64,000 bases of DNA from Vampirovibrionaceae bacterium NZW_1234 (GCA_041697335.1 JBGUGD010000002.1:64001-128000); one strand, 5' to 3'. Counted from the stretch's first letter, positions 29,742 to 39,957 are shown. Notes: generated from the sequence alone by a model not told the origin. Numbers and translations are program-made.

Positions 29742-32624
29742 TCAATCAAATGCTTGGGATACGAGTTGGTTTGAGGGATGAGCCTCCGGGAGTTGCCCTG
29801 ACGGGTGGAACATGGGGAGTTTGAATGAAAACGTGGATCCCTGGCCCACCTCACTGGTAAACCAGATTAAGCCGCCGTGAAGCTCAACCAGGTGCTTGGT
29901 GAGTGCAAGCCCCAGCCCTGTGCCTTCCTGGGTCTTGTTGGATGAGGAATCGAGCTGCTGAAAGGTTTTGAATAATTCACCATGCCTGGATTTGGGGATG
30001 CCTTCGCCGGTGTCCTCAACTTCCCCAATTACCCACAGGTTGTCCTCGGAGGGATAGAACCGGATGTAGACCTGGCCATGGGGTTTATTGAACTTGATTG
30101 CGTTACTGATCAAGTTGTAGAAGATCTGCTTCAGGCGGCTTGCATCGACATGGACCAGGGTCAGGCCGGGGGCAATGTCAAAATGAAGCTCGACATCCTG
30201 TTTTAAGGCCATGGCATCCAGAACCCCCTTGAGTTCATCGACCAGGGGCATCACGTCAACGGGTTCGATGGATAAGCGGAACTTGCCGGCTTCGATTTTG
30301 GAGAGGTCCAGAATGTCGTTCACCAGCGTGAGCAGGTGCTTGCCGCTACTGGTAATATTATCGATGTATCGGTGTTGTTTTTCATTCAGGGCGCCTGCCA
30401 GGCCATTATCGAGCATTTCGGAGTAGCCGATAACAGCGTTGAGGGGGGTTCTCAGCTCGTGGCTCATGTTGGCCAGAAATTGGCTTTTGCGTTTGTTGGC
30501 TTCCTCTGCGGCCTGCCGGGCTTGTTTTTCATTCTGGAACAGGTTGGATTGGTAGACAGCTACGCCGATATGCCGGGTAATGGTTTCCAGCAGGCGAATT
30601 TCTTCTTCGCTCCAAGTGCGTTCAAACTGGCATTGGTGAAGGACCAGACGGCCATAAGCTTCATCCCGGTAGGAGAACTCCATTACTACCACCGATTGGA
30701 CATTGTAGATTTGGGCATAGGTCCGGTACTCTTCCGGAAAGTCTTGGGGGGATGAGTACTGTACCAAAAAGCTCGGATGCGGGCTATCTTTCTGGGGTTG
30801 CAGGGTTTTTAGCAACCGTATAGGCAGGTCTTGTGCCTGCAGAGGCTGGATATTCTGTCGGCAGAATTGCTCGAAGAGTTGAAAATCAAGTGTCTCAGGG
30901 GTATCGGCGTTTTCGTAAAAGAAAAGGATGGCTCGATCGACATCGAGGTAGCGGCAGAGATCTTCCAATATGGAATAGATCGTGAAGCGGATGTCGAGGC
31001 TGTGGTTGATGGTTTCAACCACCTGGCGGACCAGGGTTTCCCGGTTCAGGGCAGCTTGTAGTTTTGAACGGGTCCGGGCGATATCGGAAATGTCGATTTC
31101 GACCCCCAGCATCCGATAGGGGGTTCCCGCACTGTCTCGCAGGGCGGCACCCGCCCCCAGCCAATGCATCAGATGGCCCTGGGCATGGCGGATCCTAAAT
31201 TCAACCTCAAACTTTTGATTCGGATCATTCAGGTGGGCGTGGATATGGGATTCTATCAGCGGGCGGTCCTCTTGGGCAACAAGGGAGATAAAGCCGTCAT
31301 AGCTGGGGGAGATTTCATCCGGGGACAAGCCAACCATGTCATAGAAGCGAGGACTCCAGTAGACTTCTCCTGTGATAAGATTCCAATCCCACACAGCGCT
31401 ATTGGTGGCGTCAATCACCATGCGGAACCGTTCTTCGGCTTCAATCAAGGCACGTTGGGCTTCTTTGAGCCTGGAGATGTCTAGCACAAAGCAGATGGTT
31501 TTTTCGGTGGAGCCTTCCAGAAAGGCAAAGCCGATGACGACATCCACGCGGCTGCCGTCTTTTCGGATGTATTGCTTGTCGTAAGGCGTACAGGAGCCTC
31601 GGGCCTGGAGTTCCCGGACCGCTTCATAATCTTTTTCCAGGTATTCCGCTGGGGTGATCTCATCCCAGCGAACGCGGCCCTCCAGGATCTCTTCTCGGGT
31701 ATAGCCTGTCATCTCTAGAACGGTCTCATTGGCATCCCAGATATTGCCGTGAACATCCGCAAAAAAGATGCCCATCAAGCCAGAGTCGGAAAGGCGTTTC
31801 AGATTGGCCTCACTCTGTTTTCGCTCGGTGATATCGGTAATGGCGCCAGCCATCCGGACTGGGTGACCCTGGACATCGCGAGTGGCTTTTCCTCTGCTGG
31901 TTAGGTACCGCAACGTTCCCGAGGGATGCTGGTAACGGAATTCCACGTCATACGGCTCGTTGCGCTCGAAATGGGATTCCAGGGCTTTCTGAATGAGGGC
32001 CTGATCGTCGGGATGGACGTCGTTTAAAAAGGCCTGGAAGGTTCGCTGGTCTTCCGGAATTGTGCGTCCGATGATCTCCAAAAACCGGGCGGACATATAG
32101 AGCTCGTTTTTCTGAATATCCCAGTCCCAAATCCCATCGGAGGCGCCCCAAATGGCAAGCTCGTAGCGCTCGGTTAACTGTTGAAGGCGTTGTTGTGCTT
32201 CCTGGAGTGCCGTGGTTCTCTCTGCAACTTCCTCTTCCAGTTCCTGTGTTGATTTCAGCTGAAGCGCTCTGGGGACGAGCCAAATCAAGGCAAATACGGT
32301 GGACCAGGAGACCAGGGCGGTGATGACATTGGCAACGGTCATCAGGCGATAAGCCGGCCACCAGAAGGCCAGCGCGTCCAGCATGTGGGTGGTGCCGCAG
32401 GCGAAGATAAAGGCGGCAAACATCAGGAGAATCCAGGGGTAGGGGAGCTTCTTGCCGCGCTTTCGGAAAAAGTAGACCAGGGTCAGGGGGATGGACATGT
32501 AGGCCGACCAGACCGCAAGGTTTGCCAGAATATAGGTCCATCCATGGGTGGGTGTCCACTGGCCGCAGAACCAGCGCGGGGGCCAGCCTTCGGTGTCGAT
32601 TAGGAAGTTCCAGAATTCAAACAA
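29742..32624 (-). CDS. Sensor histidine kinase: ethylene-receptor-like TM domain, 3 PAS, GAF, HisKA/HATPase
   Basis: AYMSIPLTLVYF and FIFACGTTH in the N-terminus; PAS repeats; SHELRTPLN H-box; NLISNAIKF, DTGEGI and GTGLGL boxes. Confidence 0.92.
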   Translation of the reverse strand: MFEFWNFLIDTEGWPPRWFCGQWTPTHGWTYILANLAVWSAYMSIPLTLVYFFRKRGKKLPYPWILLMFAAFIFACGTTHMLDALAFWWPAYRLMTVANVITALVSWSTVFALIWLVPRALQLKSTQELEEEVAERTTALQEAQQRLQQLTERYELAIWGASDGIWDWDIQKNELYMSARFLEIIGRTIPEDQRTFQAFLNDVHPDDQALIQKALESHFERNEPYDVEFRYQHPSGTLRYLTSRGKATRDVQGHPVRMAGAITDITERKQSEANLKRLSDSGLMGIFFADVHGNIWDANETVLEMTGYTREEILEGRVRWDEITPAEYLEKDYEAVRELQARGSCTPYDKQYIRKDGSRVDVVIGFAFLEGSTEKTICFVLDISRLKEAQRALIEAEERFRMVIDATNSAVWDWNLITGEVYWSPRFYDMVGLSPDEISPSYDGFISLVAQEDRPLIESHIHAHLNDPNQKFEVEFRIRHAQGHLMHWLGAGAALRDSAGTPYRMLGVEIDISDIARTRSKLQAALNRETLVRQVVETINHSLDIRFTIYSILEDLCRYLDVDRAILFFYENADTPETLDFQLFEQFCRQNIQPLQAQDLPIRLLKTLQPQKDSPHPSFLVQYSSPQDFPEEYRTYAQIYNVQSVVVMEFSYRDEAYGRLVLHQCQFERTWSEEEIRLLETITRHIGVAVYQSNLFQNEKQARQAAEEANKRKSQFLANMSHELRTPLNAVIGYSEMLDNGLAGALNEKQHRYIDNITSSGKHLLTLVNDILDLSKIEAGKFRLSIEPVDVMPLVDELKGVLDAMALKQDVELHFDIAPGLTLVHVDASRLKQIFYNLISNAIKFNKPHGQVYIRFYPSEDNLWVIGEVEDTGEGIPKSRHGELFKTFQQLDSSSNKTQEGTGLGLALTKHLVELHGGLIWFTSEVGQGSTFSFKLPMFHPSGQLPEAHPSNQLVSQAFD

Positions 32625-33055
32625 AGCGTGATCCTTTTTCGCTTCTTCTTTGGGACCATCCGGTCTTTATGGATACGTTCGTTATGCGTGGAAATCGAGT
32701 TTTAATGAGAGTCTTGTTATGCCCGTCGGGATATAGAGTCCGTTATTCAGTAATAAACTATTTCCGAGGGCAATTGCTATTGGAAGAGTGGTTGAGAGAG
32801 CTTATGCCGGGTCTAAATCAAATGCTCTGAAAACGGTTCGTTTTCCCCCCATGCCGTGACGATGTTCATCGGGCTTATTGAGTCTACAATCAACCAAACA
32901 CGGTTCCAAGTAAACCCATCTTTACATTTTATTGAGACTTTCTCGGCGTGTTTTTCGGTGGCGATATACTGGGGGACTCTGGAAAAGGGGAGGCCAATCG
33001 GAGCCGGGCCAGGAGTAGGTCTGTTGGCGGGATGACGCGCGTGTTTTTTCACAAT

Positions 33056-33138
33056 TCACGCGTCTTTCACGCGCATTTTACGCGTGATTCACGCGCGTTT
33101 CACGCGTATTTTACGCGTGATTTGCCCCATTCACGCGG
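33056..33138. repeat. Short ~11-nt tandem repeats (TT(C/T)ACGCG core)
   Basis: ttcacgcgtct ttcacgcgcat tttacgcgtga ttcacgcgcgt ttcacgcgtat tttacgcgtga ... Confidence 0.85.
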
Positions 33139-33499
33139 GTGTTCCGGGCGTGTGGTGCCCTTGGCACCGGTGTTTATGTGGCAGCCGGGGGCCCGGCGTA
33201 TGTGGAGGGTTTGTGCTGAAAAGCCTCTTGCTGACTGTGTTTTTGGCTTTTGACTCCGGGGCTGCGCCGAGGTCGTCGGTGGCGTCGGGCGGGATGGGGG
33301 AGGGGTGATTGGAAAAAAATGGGTGATTTTCACGCGAATTTCCGCTATTTTCCGCGCTGCACCGGGTTGGGGGTGTGCGTCTGGGCGGCTCAGGTCATGC
33401 CGCGGGCATGGGGGATTGCCTGGCTGAGGCGAGCGCGCTGCGTTCGAGGCTATCCGGGGTTGGGGTTTGCCTTGGGGCCTTTGGGTTTGTTCTTTCATA

Positions 33500-33551
33500 T
33501 CTTCTGTTTCCTGCTTGTCTTCTGTTTCTTGTCTTCTGTTTCTTGTCTTCT
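33500..33551. repeat. 14-nt tandem repeat (CTTGTCTTCTGTTT), ~3 copies
   Basis: Directly visible at 33500-33551. Confidence 0.75.
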
Positions 33552-33705
33552 TATCAAGGTTGTCCGGGCGGGTGGCTGTTGGGAGGAGAGTCTTCAGAGG
33601 GCTGGGAATATGTATATAAATATTATATACTAAAAATGATGAAACCCTGGCTATTTAAGGAAAATTTAATAATTGGATCGTCAAAAGTCTTGTTGGGAAA
33701 AGGAT

Positions 33706-35223
33706 TTAGGCTTGGGAGGGTCGGGTTTTATCGAGCTGGTATAATACCGAGGCCAGGGCATCCACACCAACCCTGATTTTCTCGGGGGAGAAGGCAGCGT
33801 AGCCCAGAAGCAATCCGTTCTGCGGAGGTGCTTTCATGTAAAACCACGACAGCGGCAAGAGATCGATGCCTTGCTGGGCGGCCCGTTTCGTGACAACCTC
33901 ATCCGGGAGCCCCGAGGGCAGATGGCCGATCAGGTGCATGCCAGCCGGATCCGGGACCAGCGCCAGGAGCCCCTCAAGTTTATGCTGGGCCTCACCCAGA
34001 AGACAGGCCTGACGTTCCGCATAAAGGGCTCGCATCTGGCGGATGTGCCGGGAGAAGTGGCCCTGTGCCATGAATTCGGCTAAAACGGCCTGATCCATGA
34101 GGGGGGAATGCTGATCCACCAGGGCACGTGCCGCCGTAAAGGCCTCGACCAAATCGGGCGGGACCACCAGATAGCCTAAACGCAGGGAGGGGAAGAGAAC
34201 CTTGCTGAAGGTGCCCATGTAAATCACCCGGCCATCGGGGTCCAAGCCCTGCAAGGAGGGCAAGGGGCGACCTGAATAGCGAAATTCGCTGTCATAGTCG
34301 TCTTCAATAATCCAGGCATCCGTTTGACTCGCCCAGTGGAGCAACGCCAGACGCCGCTGAAGGCTCATGGTGACGCCCAGAGGGTATTGATGGGACGGGG
34401 TCACAAAGGCCAGTCTGGCATGAGGGCCTGCCTGTTGGCCCCAATGGATGTTGATGCCTTCGTCATCGACAGGGACAGGCACGATATTGGCATGGGCAAC
34501 CATAAATGACGCACGGGCCCCTAAATACCCCGGATCCTCCAACCATACGGTGTCACCGGGTTGCACAAGGACCTGGTTGATGAGCGCCAGGCCCTGCTGG
34601 GATCCGGCAATAATAATAACCTGGTCGCTGCTGCACCGGACGCCCCGGGAGGATTGCAAATATTGGGCAATGGCCTCGCATAGCGGTGTATAGCCCGCCG
34701 ATCTGCCATAACTCAATAAGTGGCCCGGCGAATGCCGCCAGTACTTGTTGAGGAGCTGTCCCCATTTTCGGGTGGGAAAGGCATCCAGCTCGGGAACGCC
34801 AGGACGAAAGGCCCAAGGGGGACGGGTTTCTCGCTTGATGGTGTAGTTTGCCTCCTGAACCCAGGGCTGGCTTAACGAGGCCGGGGGACGGGCTTTCTGT
34901 CGTGCCGGGGTGGTCCCAAGGCGATCGGGCTGATAGGCCAGCAACGTGTCCGGCAGGATTCGGCTGACGTAGGTCCCTGAGCCCTGTGTGCCGCTCAGAT
35001 ACCCTTCTATCGTTAATTGCTCATAGGCCAGCATCACAGTGGTTCGGGAGATGTCCAGTTCTTGAGCCAGCATGCGGCTGGAGGGCAGGCGTGTGCCCGG
35101 CGCCAGGGTTCCGTTGAGAATGGCTGTCCGAACCTCGCGATAGAGCTGCTGGTACAGCGGTTGGTCCGCATGGGCATCCAGGGCCGTGGACAAGTAGGTC
35201 AACCCGCCGGAATGTTTCACCAT
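33706..35223 (-). CDS. MocR/PdxR-family PLP-dependent GntR regulator
   Basis: wHTH (PLYQQLY...RLPSSRMLA...SRTTV), TPSHQYPLG, IIEDDYDSEFRY, GTFSKVLFPSLRLGY. Confidence 0.95.
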   Translation of the reverse strand: MVKHSGGLTYLSTALDAHADQPLYQQLYREVRTAILNGTLAPGTRLPSSRMLAQELDISRTTVMLAYEQLTIEGYLSGTQGSGTYVSRILPDTLLAYQPDRLGTTPARQKARPPASLSQPWVQEANYTIKRETRPPWAFRPGVPELDAFPTRKWGQLLNKYWRHSPGHLLSYGRSAGYTPLCEAIAQYLQSSRGVRCSSDQVIIIAGSQQGLALINQVLVQPGDTVWLEDPGYLGARASFMVAHANIVPVPVDDEGINIHWGQQAGPHARLAFVTPSHQYPLGVTMSLQRRLALLHWASQTDAWIIEDDYDSEFRYSGRPLPSLQGLDPDGRVIYMGTFSKVLFPSLRLGYLVVPPDLVEAFTAARALVDQHSPLMDQAVLAEFMAQGHFSRHIRQMRALYAERQACLLGEAQHKLEGLLALVPDPAGMHLIGHLPSGLPDEVVTKRAAQQGIDLLPLSWFYMKAPPQNGLLLGYAAFSPEKIRVGVDALASVLYQLDKTRPSQA

Positions 35224-35249
35224 AACGGCCGGACTCCCAGGGGGGCTGA

Positions 35250-35300
35250 AATTGGTATTAGGATCATGCTCAATAATGGCTCTTTTGATAAGGCCAATAA
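35250..35300. promoter_or_regulatory. Probable MocR operator in the divergent promoter
   Basis: TGG/TGG/CCA boxes (attggtat...aatggctc...ggccaat) between the regulator and the divergent GNAT gene, the arrangement typical of MocR sites. Confidence 0.45.
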
Positions 35301-35366
35301 TACCGTAACCTAGCCATGAACACCAGGTGCTCACACGAGATACGGTTATGCTTTGGAAAGGAACCC

Positions 35367-35858
35367 ATGATGCAGATTCAAACCCCACTTGTCCCCCAGG
35401 CCGTTGATGCCATTTCGAATTCACTCCCTGTACCGTTAGAGGTTATCTATCAGACTGAATCGGCCCTGTCTGTGGATGACTATGTGGATGTGCTTCGTCG
35501 CTCCACCTTGGGAGAACGGCGGCCTTTGGACGACCCGGACCGCCTGAAGCGGATGCTGGCCTATGCCAATCTGATGGTGACGGCACGCACCCCCGAGGGG
35601 CGCTTGATTGGCATTGCCCGTTCGGTGACGGATTTTGCCTTTTGCTGCTACGTTTCGGATCTGGCGGTGGATACAGCCTATCAGCGCCAAGGGATTGGAC
35701 GTCGATTGATTGCCCATACCCGCCAAGCCATTGGTCTTCAGACCCAGTTGCTGCTTTTGGCCGCCCCGGCTGCGGAGAAGTATTATCCCCATATTGGGTT
35801 TCGTCACGTGCCTAACGCCTGGAGCATTGATGCCGGGGAGGTGTTTCATGCCGTTTAA
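35367..35858 (+). CDS. GNAT N-acetyltransferase
   Basis: LIGIARSVTDF..CYVSDLAVD..YQRQGIGRRL; YYPHIGF. Confidence 0.92.
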   Translation: MMQIQTPLVPQAVDAISNSLPVPLEVIYQTESALSVDDYVDVLRRSTLGERRPLDDPDRLKRMLAYANLMVTARTPEGRLIGIARSVTDFAFCCYVSDLAVDTAYQRQGIGRRLIAHTRQAIGLQTQLLLLAAPAAEKYYPHIGFRHVPNAWSIDAGEVFHAV

Positions 35859-36555
35859 TCTTTCAGAGTCACCCGTAGACAAGGCTGTCGAGGCGTTTGC
35901 CCGGGAGCAGATTCTTGAGGCGACCCGGCTGGCCAATCAACGCACCGAAGCCATTCTGGCAGACATTGCCGCCCGGCTTCGTCCGGGGATGACAGAATCT
36001 GAGGCCCGGACTCTGGCCAACGAGGTTTTTGAGACCTTTCGTCACCAGGGCCTCGTGAAGCACTGGCACCCGCCCAAGATCTATTTCGGCCATCATACGG
36101 CCCTCAGCATTGAGGCACCCCACCCGAAGGACGACCGGGTGCTGGGGGATCGGGATATGGCCTACCTGGATCTGGGGCCGGTGTTCTCTCTGGAGGGCCG
36201 GGACATTGAAGGCGATGTTGGGCGAACCCTGGTGTTCGGGGACGATCCCGTGCATCGTCATCTGCAAGCCACCTGCGAGAGCCTGTTTCACCAAGGCCTG
36301 GCCTTCTGGAAAGAGACCCGCCCCACTGGGGTTCAGTTGTACCAATATTTGCGCCAGGAAGCGCAGAACAGCGGTGTCGTGTTCAACCTGAACCCGGGCG
36401 GCCACGTCATCGGTGCCTTCCCTCATCACAGGGCTTGGCGCCACGCCCTCAGTGACTATCCTCACATCCCCCAGCCCGGTATCTGGATCCTGGAGGTCCA
36501 GGTCCGTCACCCGGATCTGCCCTACGGGGCCTTTTATGAGGCGCTGCTGGAATAA
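35848..36555 (+). CDS. M24-family metallopeptidase-like protein
   Basis: LRPGMTESE, DLGP, EGDVGRT, GHVIG, ILEVQ and FYE ligands. Overlaps the GNAT stop. Confidence 0.85.
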   Translation: MPFNLSESPVDKAVEAFAREQILEATRLANQRTEAILADIAARLRPGMTESEARTLANEVFETFRHQGLVKHWHPPKIYFGHHTALSIEAPHPKDDRVLGDRDMAYLDLGPVFSLEGRDIEGDVGRTLVFGDDPVHRHLQATCESLFHQGLAFWKETRPTGVQLYQYLRQEAQNSGVVFNLNPGGHVIGAFPHHRAWRHALSDYPHIPQPGIWILEVQVRHPDLPYGAFYEALLE

Positions 36556-36785
36556 ATATCGCTCTGCCATAGTATCGTCAAGACTTGCCTCGCTCTGCCG
36601 AAGCAGGTCTTGACGTGATGCCATTCATGTCGAGATCTCGACGCGACAGCGATGAGCGGAACCGATTGCGCGAATAACCCTGCTGTTGACCCTGGAAGGC
36701 CTGCTATTCCTGGCCGGTTTCAAGTGTTTATCTCCCGAACGCAATAGACCGTAGGACATCTATTGGCAGAGGCAGCACCATTCGT

Positions 36786-38441
36786 TCAGCAGCCTATGGG
36801 TAAGCAGAAGGTGAAGGCGGAGCCAACCCCTTCCTCGCTTTCTACGGAAATGTTGCCGCCCTGGACTTCAATCAGGCGTTTGGTCAGGCTTAACCCGATT
36901 CCGGTTCCCTCTTCCGTCTTGCGCTGAAGGATATCCTCAACCCGGTAAAACTCTTCAAAAAGCCGGGTTATCTTTTCCCGGGGAATGCCGACTCCGGTAT
37001 CCTGCACACGACATGCCAACCATTGCCCCTCCTCGGTTTTGTAAAGATGGACATTGACGTGACCCTGAGGGCGGTTGTATTTGATGGCATTGTTGATGAG
37101 GTTAATCAAAATCTGTTGAAACCGCTTGGGATCGGTCTGGATGCCGCCAATGTCGGGTTGAAGGTGGAACTGGAGTTGAATGTTGTTCTGCTCTGCTTTT
37201 CCCAGGACCAGCGGCTTTACTTTTTCGACCAGAAGCTCGATCATGACCCATTCCGGCGATAACTGGATTTTACCCGCCTCGATCTGGGCGATGTCCAAAA
37301 TATCGTTAAGCAGCGACAGCAGATGTTGTCCGCCTGTGTAGATATTACTGACAAAGCGAGCCTGCTTTTCCGTCAACTCCCCGGCCATACCGGTATTGAG
37401 CATTTCGGCATAGCCGTTTATGGCATTGAGCGGTGTCCGTATTTCGTGGGCGACGTAGGACAAGGCCTGGGTTTTGCGTTGGTTTGCCAGTTCAGCTTGT
37501 TTTTTTAAGGCATCCGCCTCTGCTTTGGCTTGTTGTGCATCGGCCTCACGCAGTTTGATCAGGTTTTCGTATTCTTTTTGAGTCGTGATATCGGTAATCA
37601 TCCCGGTCATTCGAAGGGGATGCCCATCCACATCGTCAAATAGAGTCTTTCCTCGAAATAAACAGTAGAGATAGTTGCCTTGTCCGTTTCGAATACGAAA
37701 GGTCCCCTCGAAATGACCCCCATGGCTTACAGCAGTCTCCAGGGTTTCCTGAAAAGAAAGTTTGTCCTCCGGGTGAACCCAGTCCAACAGTTCACTGGAA
37801 GGCCGGGGGGCGTGATCGGTTAAGCCCAGCATCCGGAAAAAACGGCCATTCCAATACACATCGCCGGTGGCAATGTCCCAATCCCAAATGCCGTCATTGG
37901 AACCTTCAATGACCAGGCGATAGCGCTTTTCAGCCATTTCAGCCTTGTTCTGCGCTTCTTTTACATCCCTTAAAGTCTCTTCTGTTTTTTGCAGAATGTG
38001 CTCGACATCCCTTAAAGCCATTTCCGCTTTTTCCTTTGCTAAGCGGGCATCGTTCGCAATGACTTCGGCTTTTATCTGCTCACGAACACTGTGATCTCGG
38101 GCCGATTCTGCGGTACTTCTGGCTTCCTCTGCAACATTTCTGGATTTTTCAGCCCGGTTTCTGGCATCTTCTGCTTTTTTTCGGGCAATTTCCCCGTACT
38201 CAATCGCCTCTCTGGCTTCTTTTAAGGCAAACCCCGCTTGATGAATGGACGACTTGTCCTCGTCGGGTGTGGCCTCTGCTTTTTCATACGCCGATTCCGC
38301 CTCTTTGATGGCTTTATCTGCTTTGCTGGTGGCCTTGTCTACATACTGTTCAGCTTGATCTGCAAGCTCGTTCGCTTTTTGGGCTTCTTTTTCGGCTGTA
38401 TCCGCTTTTTTCTGGGCCACATCGTTCTCAAGTTCAGGCAT
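36786..38441 (-). CDS. Soluble PAS histidine kinase with N-terminal coiled coil
   Basis: A/E/K-rich coiled coil, PAS (DGIWDWD..WVHPED), AHEIRTPLN, NAIKY, DTGVGI, GTGIGL. Confidence 0.92.
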   Translation of the reverse strand: MPELENDVAQKKADTAEKEAQKANELADQAEQYVDKATSKADKAIKEAESAYEKAEATPDEDKSSIHQAGFALKEAREAIEYGEIARKKAEDARNRAEKSRNVAEEARSTAESARDHSVREQIKAEVIANDARLAKEKAEMALRDVEHILQKTEETLRDVKEAQNKAEMAEKRYRLVIEGSNDGIWDWDIATGDVYWNGRFFRMLGLTDHAPRPSSELLDWVHPEDKLSFQETLETAVSHGGHFEGTFRIRNGQGNYLYCLFRGKTLFDDVDGHPLRMTGMITDITTQKEYENLIKLREADAQQAKAEADALKKQAELANQRKTQALSYVAHEIRTPLNAINGYAEMLNTGMAGELTEKQARFVSNIYTGGQHLLSLLNDILDIAQIEAGKIQLSPEWVMIELLVEKVKPLVLGKAEQNNIQLQFHLQPDIGGIQTDPKRFQQILINLINNAIKYNRPQGHVNVHLYKTEEGQWLACRVQDTGVGIPREKITRLFEEFYRVEDILQRKTEEGTGIGLSLTKRLIEVQGGNISVESEEGVGSAFTFCLPIGC

Positions 38442-38694
38442 TATAAGTCTCACACGGTTGGATGTTAGTCAAGTCTATCTCTATACCAAGTATTTGGAAA
38501 CTGCTTGTCTGTCGAAGAATTGAAAAATAAGGACGCTCTGGCTCGCCCTGGTTAACAGAACGAGCCAGAGCATCGCTACATCGTTTGTGGCCCGAAAAAA
38601 GCAGAGCCCGGCGGCGCTTTTTTCGGGCCCGCTCTGGTTTTGACATGTCGCGGGTCCGATGCCTTGGAGTATTAATAGATGGCAAAACTTAAAA

Positions 38695-38767
38695 TGGAGG
38701 CGACAGGAATCGAACCCGCGACATTCTGCGTGCAAAGCAGACGCTCTACCAACTGAGCTACGCCCCC
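38695..38767 (-). tRNA. tRNA-Ala(UGC)
   Basis: GGGGGCG..CGCCTCC-A acceptor stem with G3:U70, anticodon TGC, T-loop TTCGATT. CCA is not encoded. Confidence 0.97.
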
Positions 38768-38992
38768 ACGGGTGGTTTGAGATCTTACTCTACATGAAAT
38801 CGGATTTCTTGAAAAGCCCCTTGCCCGAATTTGAACATCCCCTCTCTGCAAGGGGCTCGATAAAGCCCCCTCTTCAGCGCCGGGCCGGATGCAATGCAGA
38901 CGGTACAAATGTATAGGGACTTCTTCTTTATGCTTGTGACTTGGTTCCGGTTGTTTTATCTTGGTGAGATCGTATTGAAGGAGTGAGCCGTT

Positions 38993-39841
38993 ATGATGCC
39001 CGTGAATGCCCAATTATTTCTGTTGAAACCTGCCCGCAGTCGCAGTGTTCGAAACACCCGGCCTATTGGTCCCACTGCAACTCCAAAGCCTGCGGGAACA
39101 CCCGCTTCGGTTCAGTTTGGCGCCAGTAGTGCCAGCAAACGCCTGGCCTGGGGAACGGCTTTGGTAGCTGCACTAGGCCTCTCCAATGCGGTGACGTATA
39201 ACGTCGGCGAAGGGATGGGCCGCCGGCATCAAACCCAGGAAGCCGTCTCCAAGGCCCTGGAAAGCGCAGCCTTGAAAGATGTGAATAATACGATGCACTG
39301 GTGCAAAAGCGATGGGCATACCGCCCCCGGTGTCCATCACGTGGAAGCCGGGATGACCGTTCCCGGGTATTTCGATCATAAAGTCGTGGCGGATTTGCAT
39401 TGGAAGCTGGTGGATGAGAAAAAATTGCCGCCCAACCTGTTTGACGATTTGAAAAACCCCCCGTTTGTCGCCACACCGGCGGATGCGGCTGAAACCCTGG
39501 TGAACAAAATCCTGCCGCAACACATGGCCGGATTGCTTCGGGAAGAATGGTACAAGTTCGATCCCGAGGATCCGAAAGCCTTTGCCGACCGCATGCAGCG
39601 TATCTTAACGGATGGCTATGACAAAGAGGAAAAGCCACGCCTTTATTCTGACGCTGTTACTTCGAACGTGCCTCAGGAAGATAAGAATCGCCTGTTTTTG
39701 GATTACACCGGCAGTCCAACATTTAAGAACACCGATATCTTTAGCCTCCAAAACCGCCTCAGAAACTACGGTATCGACGTGGTGTCCGTCACGGTGTCGG
39801 CACAGAAGCAAGTCCCCTTGCCGCTTGGTGGGCGGGAATAG
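38993..39841 (+). CDS. Hypothetical protein with SVQFG leader and TM segment
   Basis: AAGGAG RBS; Pro/Ser/Arg-rich leader to VQFG, then LAWGTALVAALGL. Confidence 0.75.
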   Translation: MMPVNAQLFLLKPARSRSVRNTRPIGPTATPKPAGTPASVQFGASSASKRLAWGTALVAALGLSNAVTYNVGEGMGRRHQTQEAVSKALESAALKDVNNTMHWCKSDGHTAPGVHHVEAGMTVPGYFDHKVVADLHWKLVDEKKLPPNLFDDLKNPPFVATPADAAETLVNKILPQHMAGLLREEWYKFDPEDPKAFADRMQRILTDGYDKEEKPRLYSDAVTSNVPQEDKNRLFLDYTGSPTFKNTDIFSLQNRLRNYGIDVVSVTVSAQKQVPLPLGGRE

Positions 39842-39886
39842 GCCCAAAGGCTTAAATCCCTTATCTCTTTAAATCAGGTATCTATA

Positions 39887-39927
39887 GAAAAACGCCTCAA
39901 TCCAATGTCGTGGTTGAGGCGTTTTTC
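39887..39927. terminator. Bidirectional terminator
   Basis: GAAAAACGCCTCAA / TTGAGGCGTTTTTC between convergent genes. Confidence 0.8.
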
Positions 39928-39957
39928 AGGTCGTCAAATTTCGATATGCAAAAAAGA

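Noticed and set aside
32813..33776. Several overlapping 70-133-aa ORFs
   Set aside because: They arise from low-complexity repeats in multiple frames, with no RBS or domain support.
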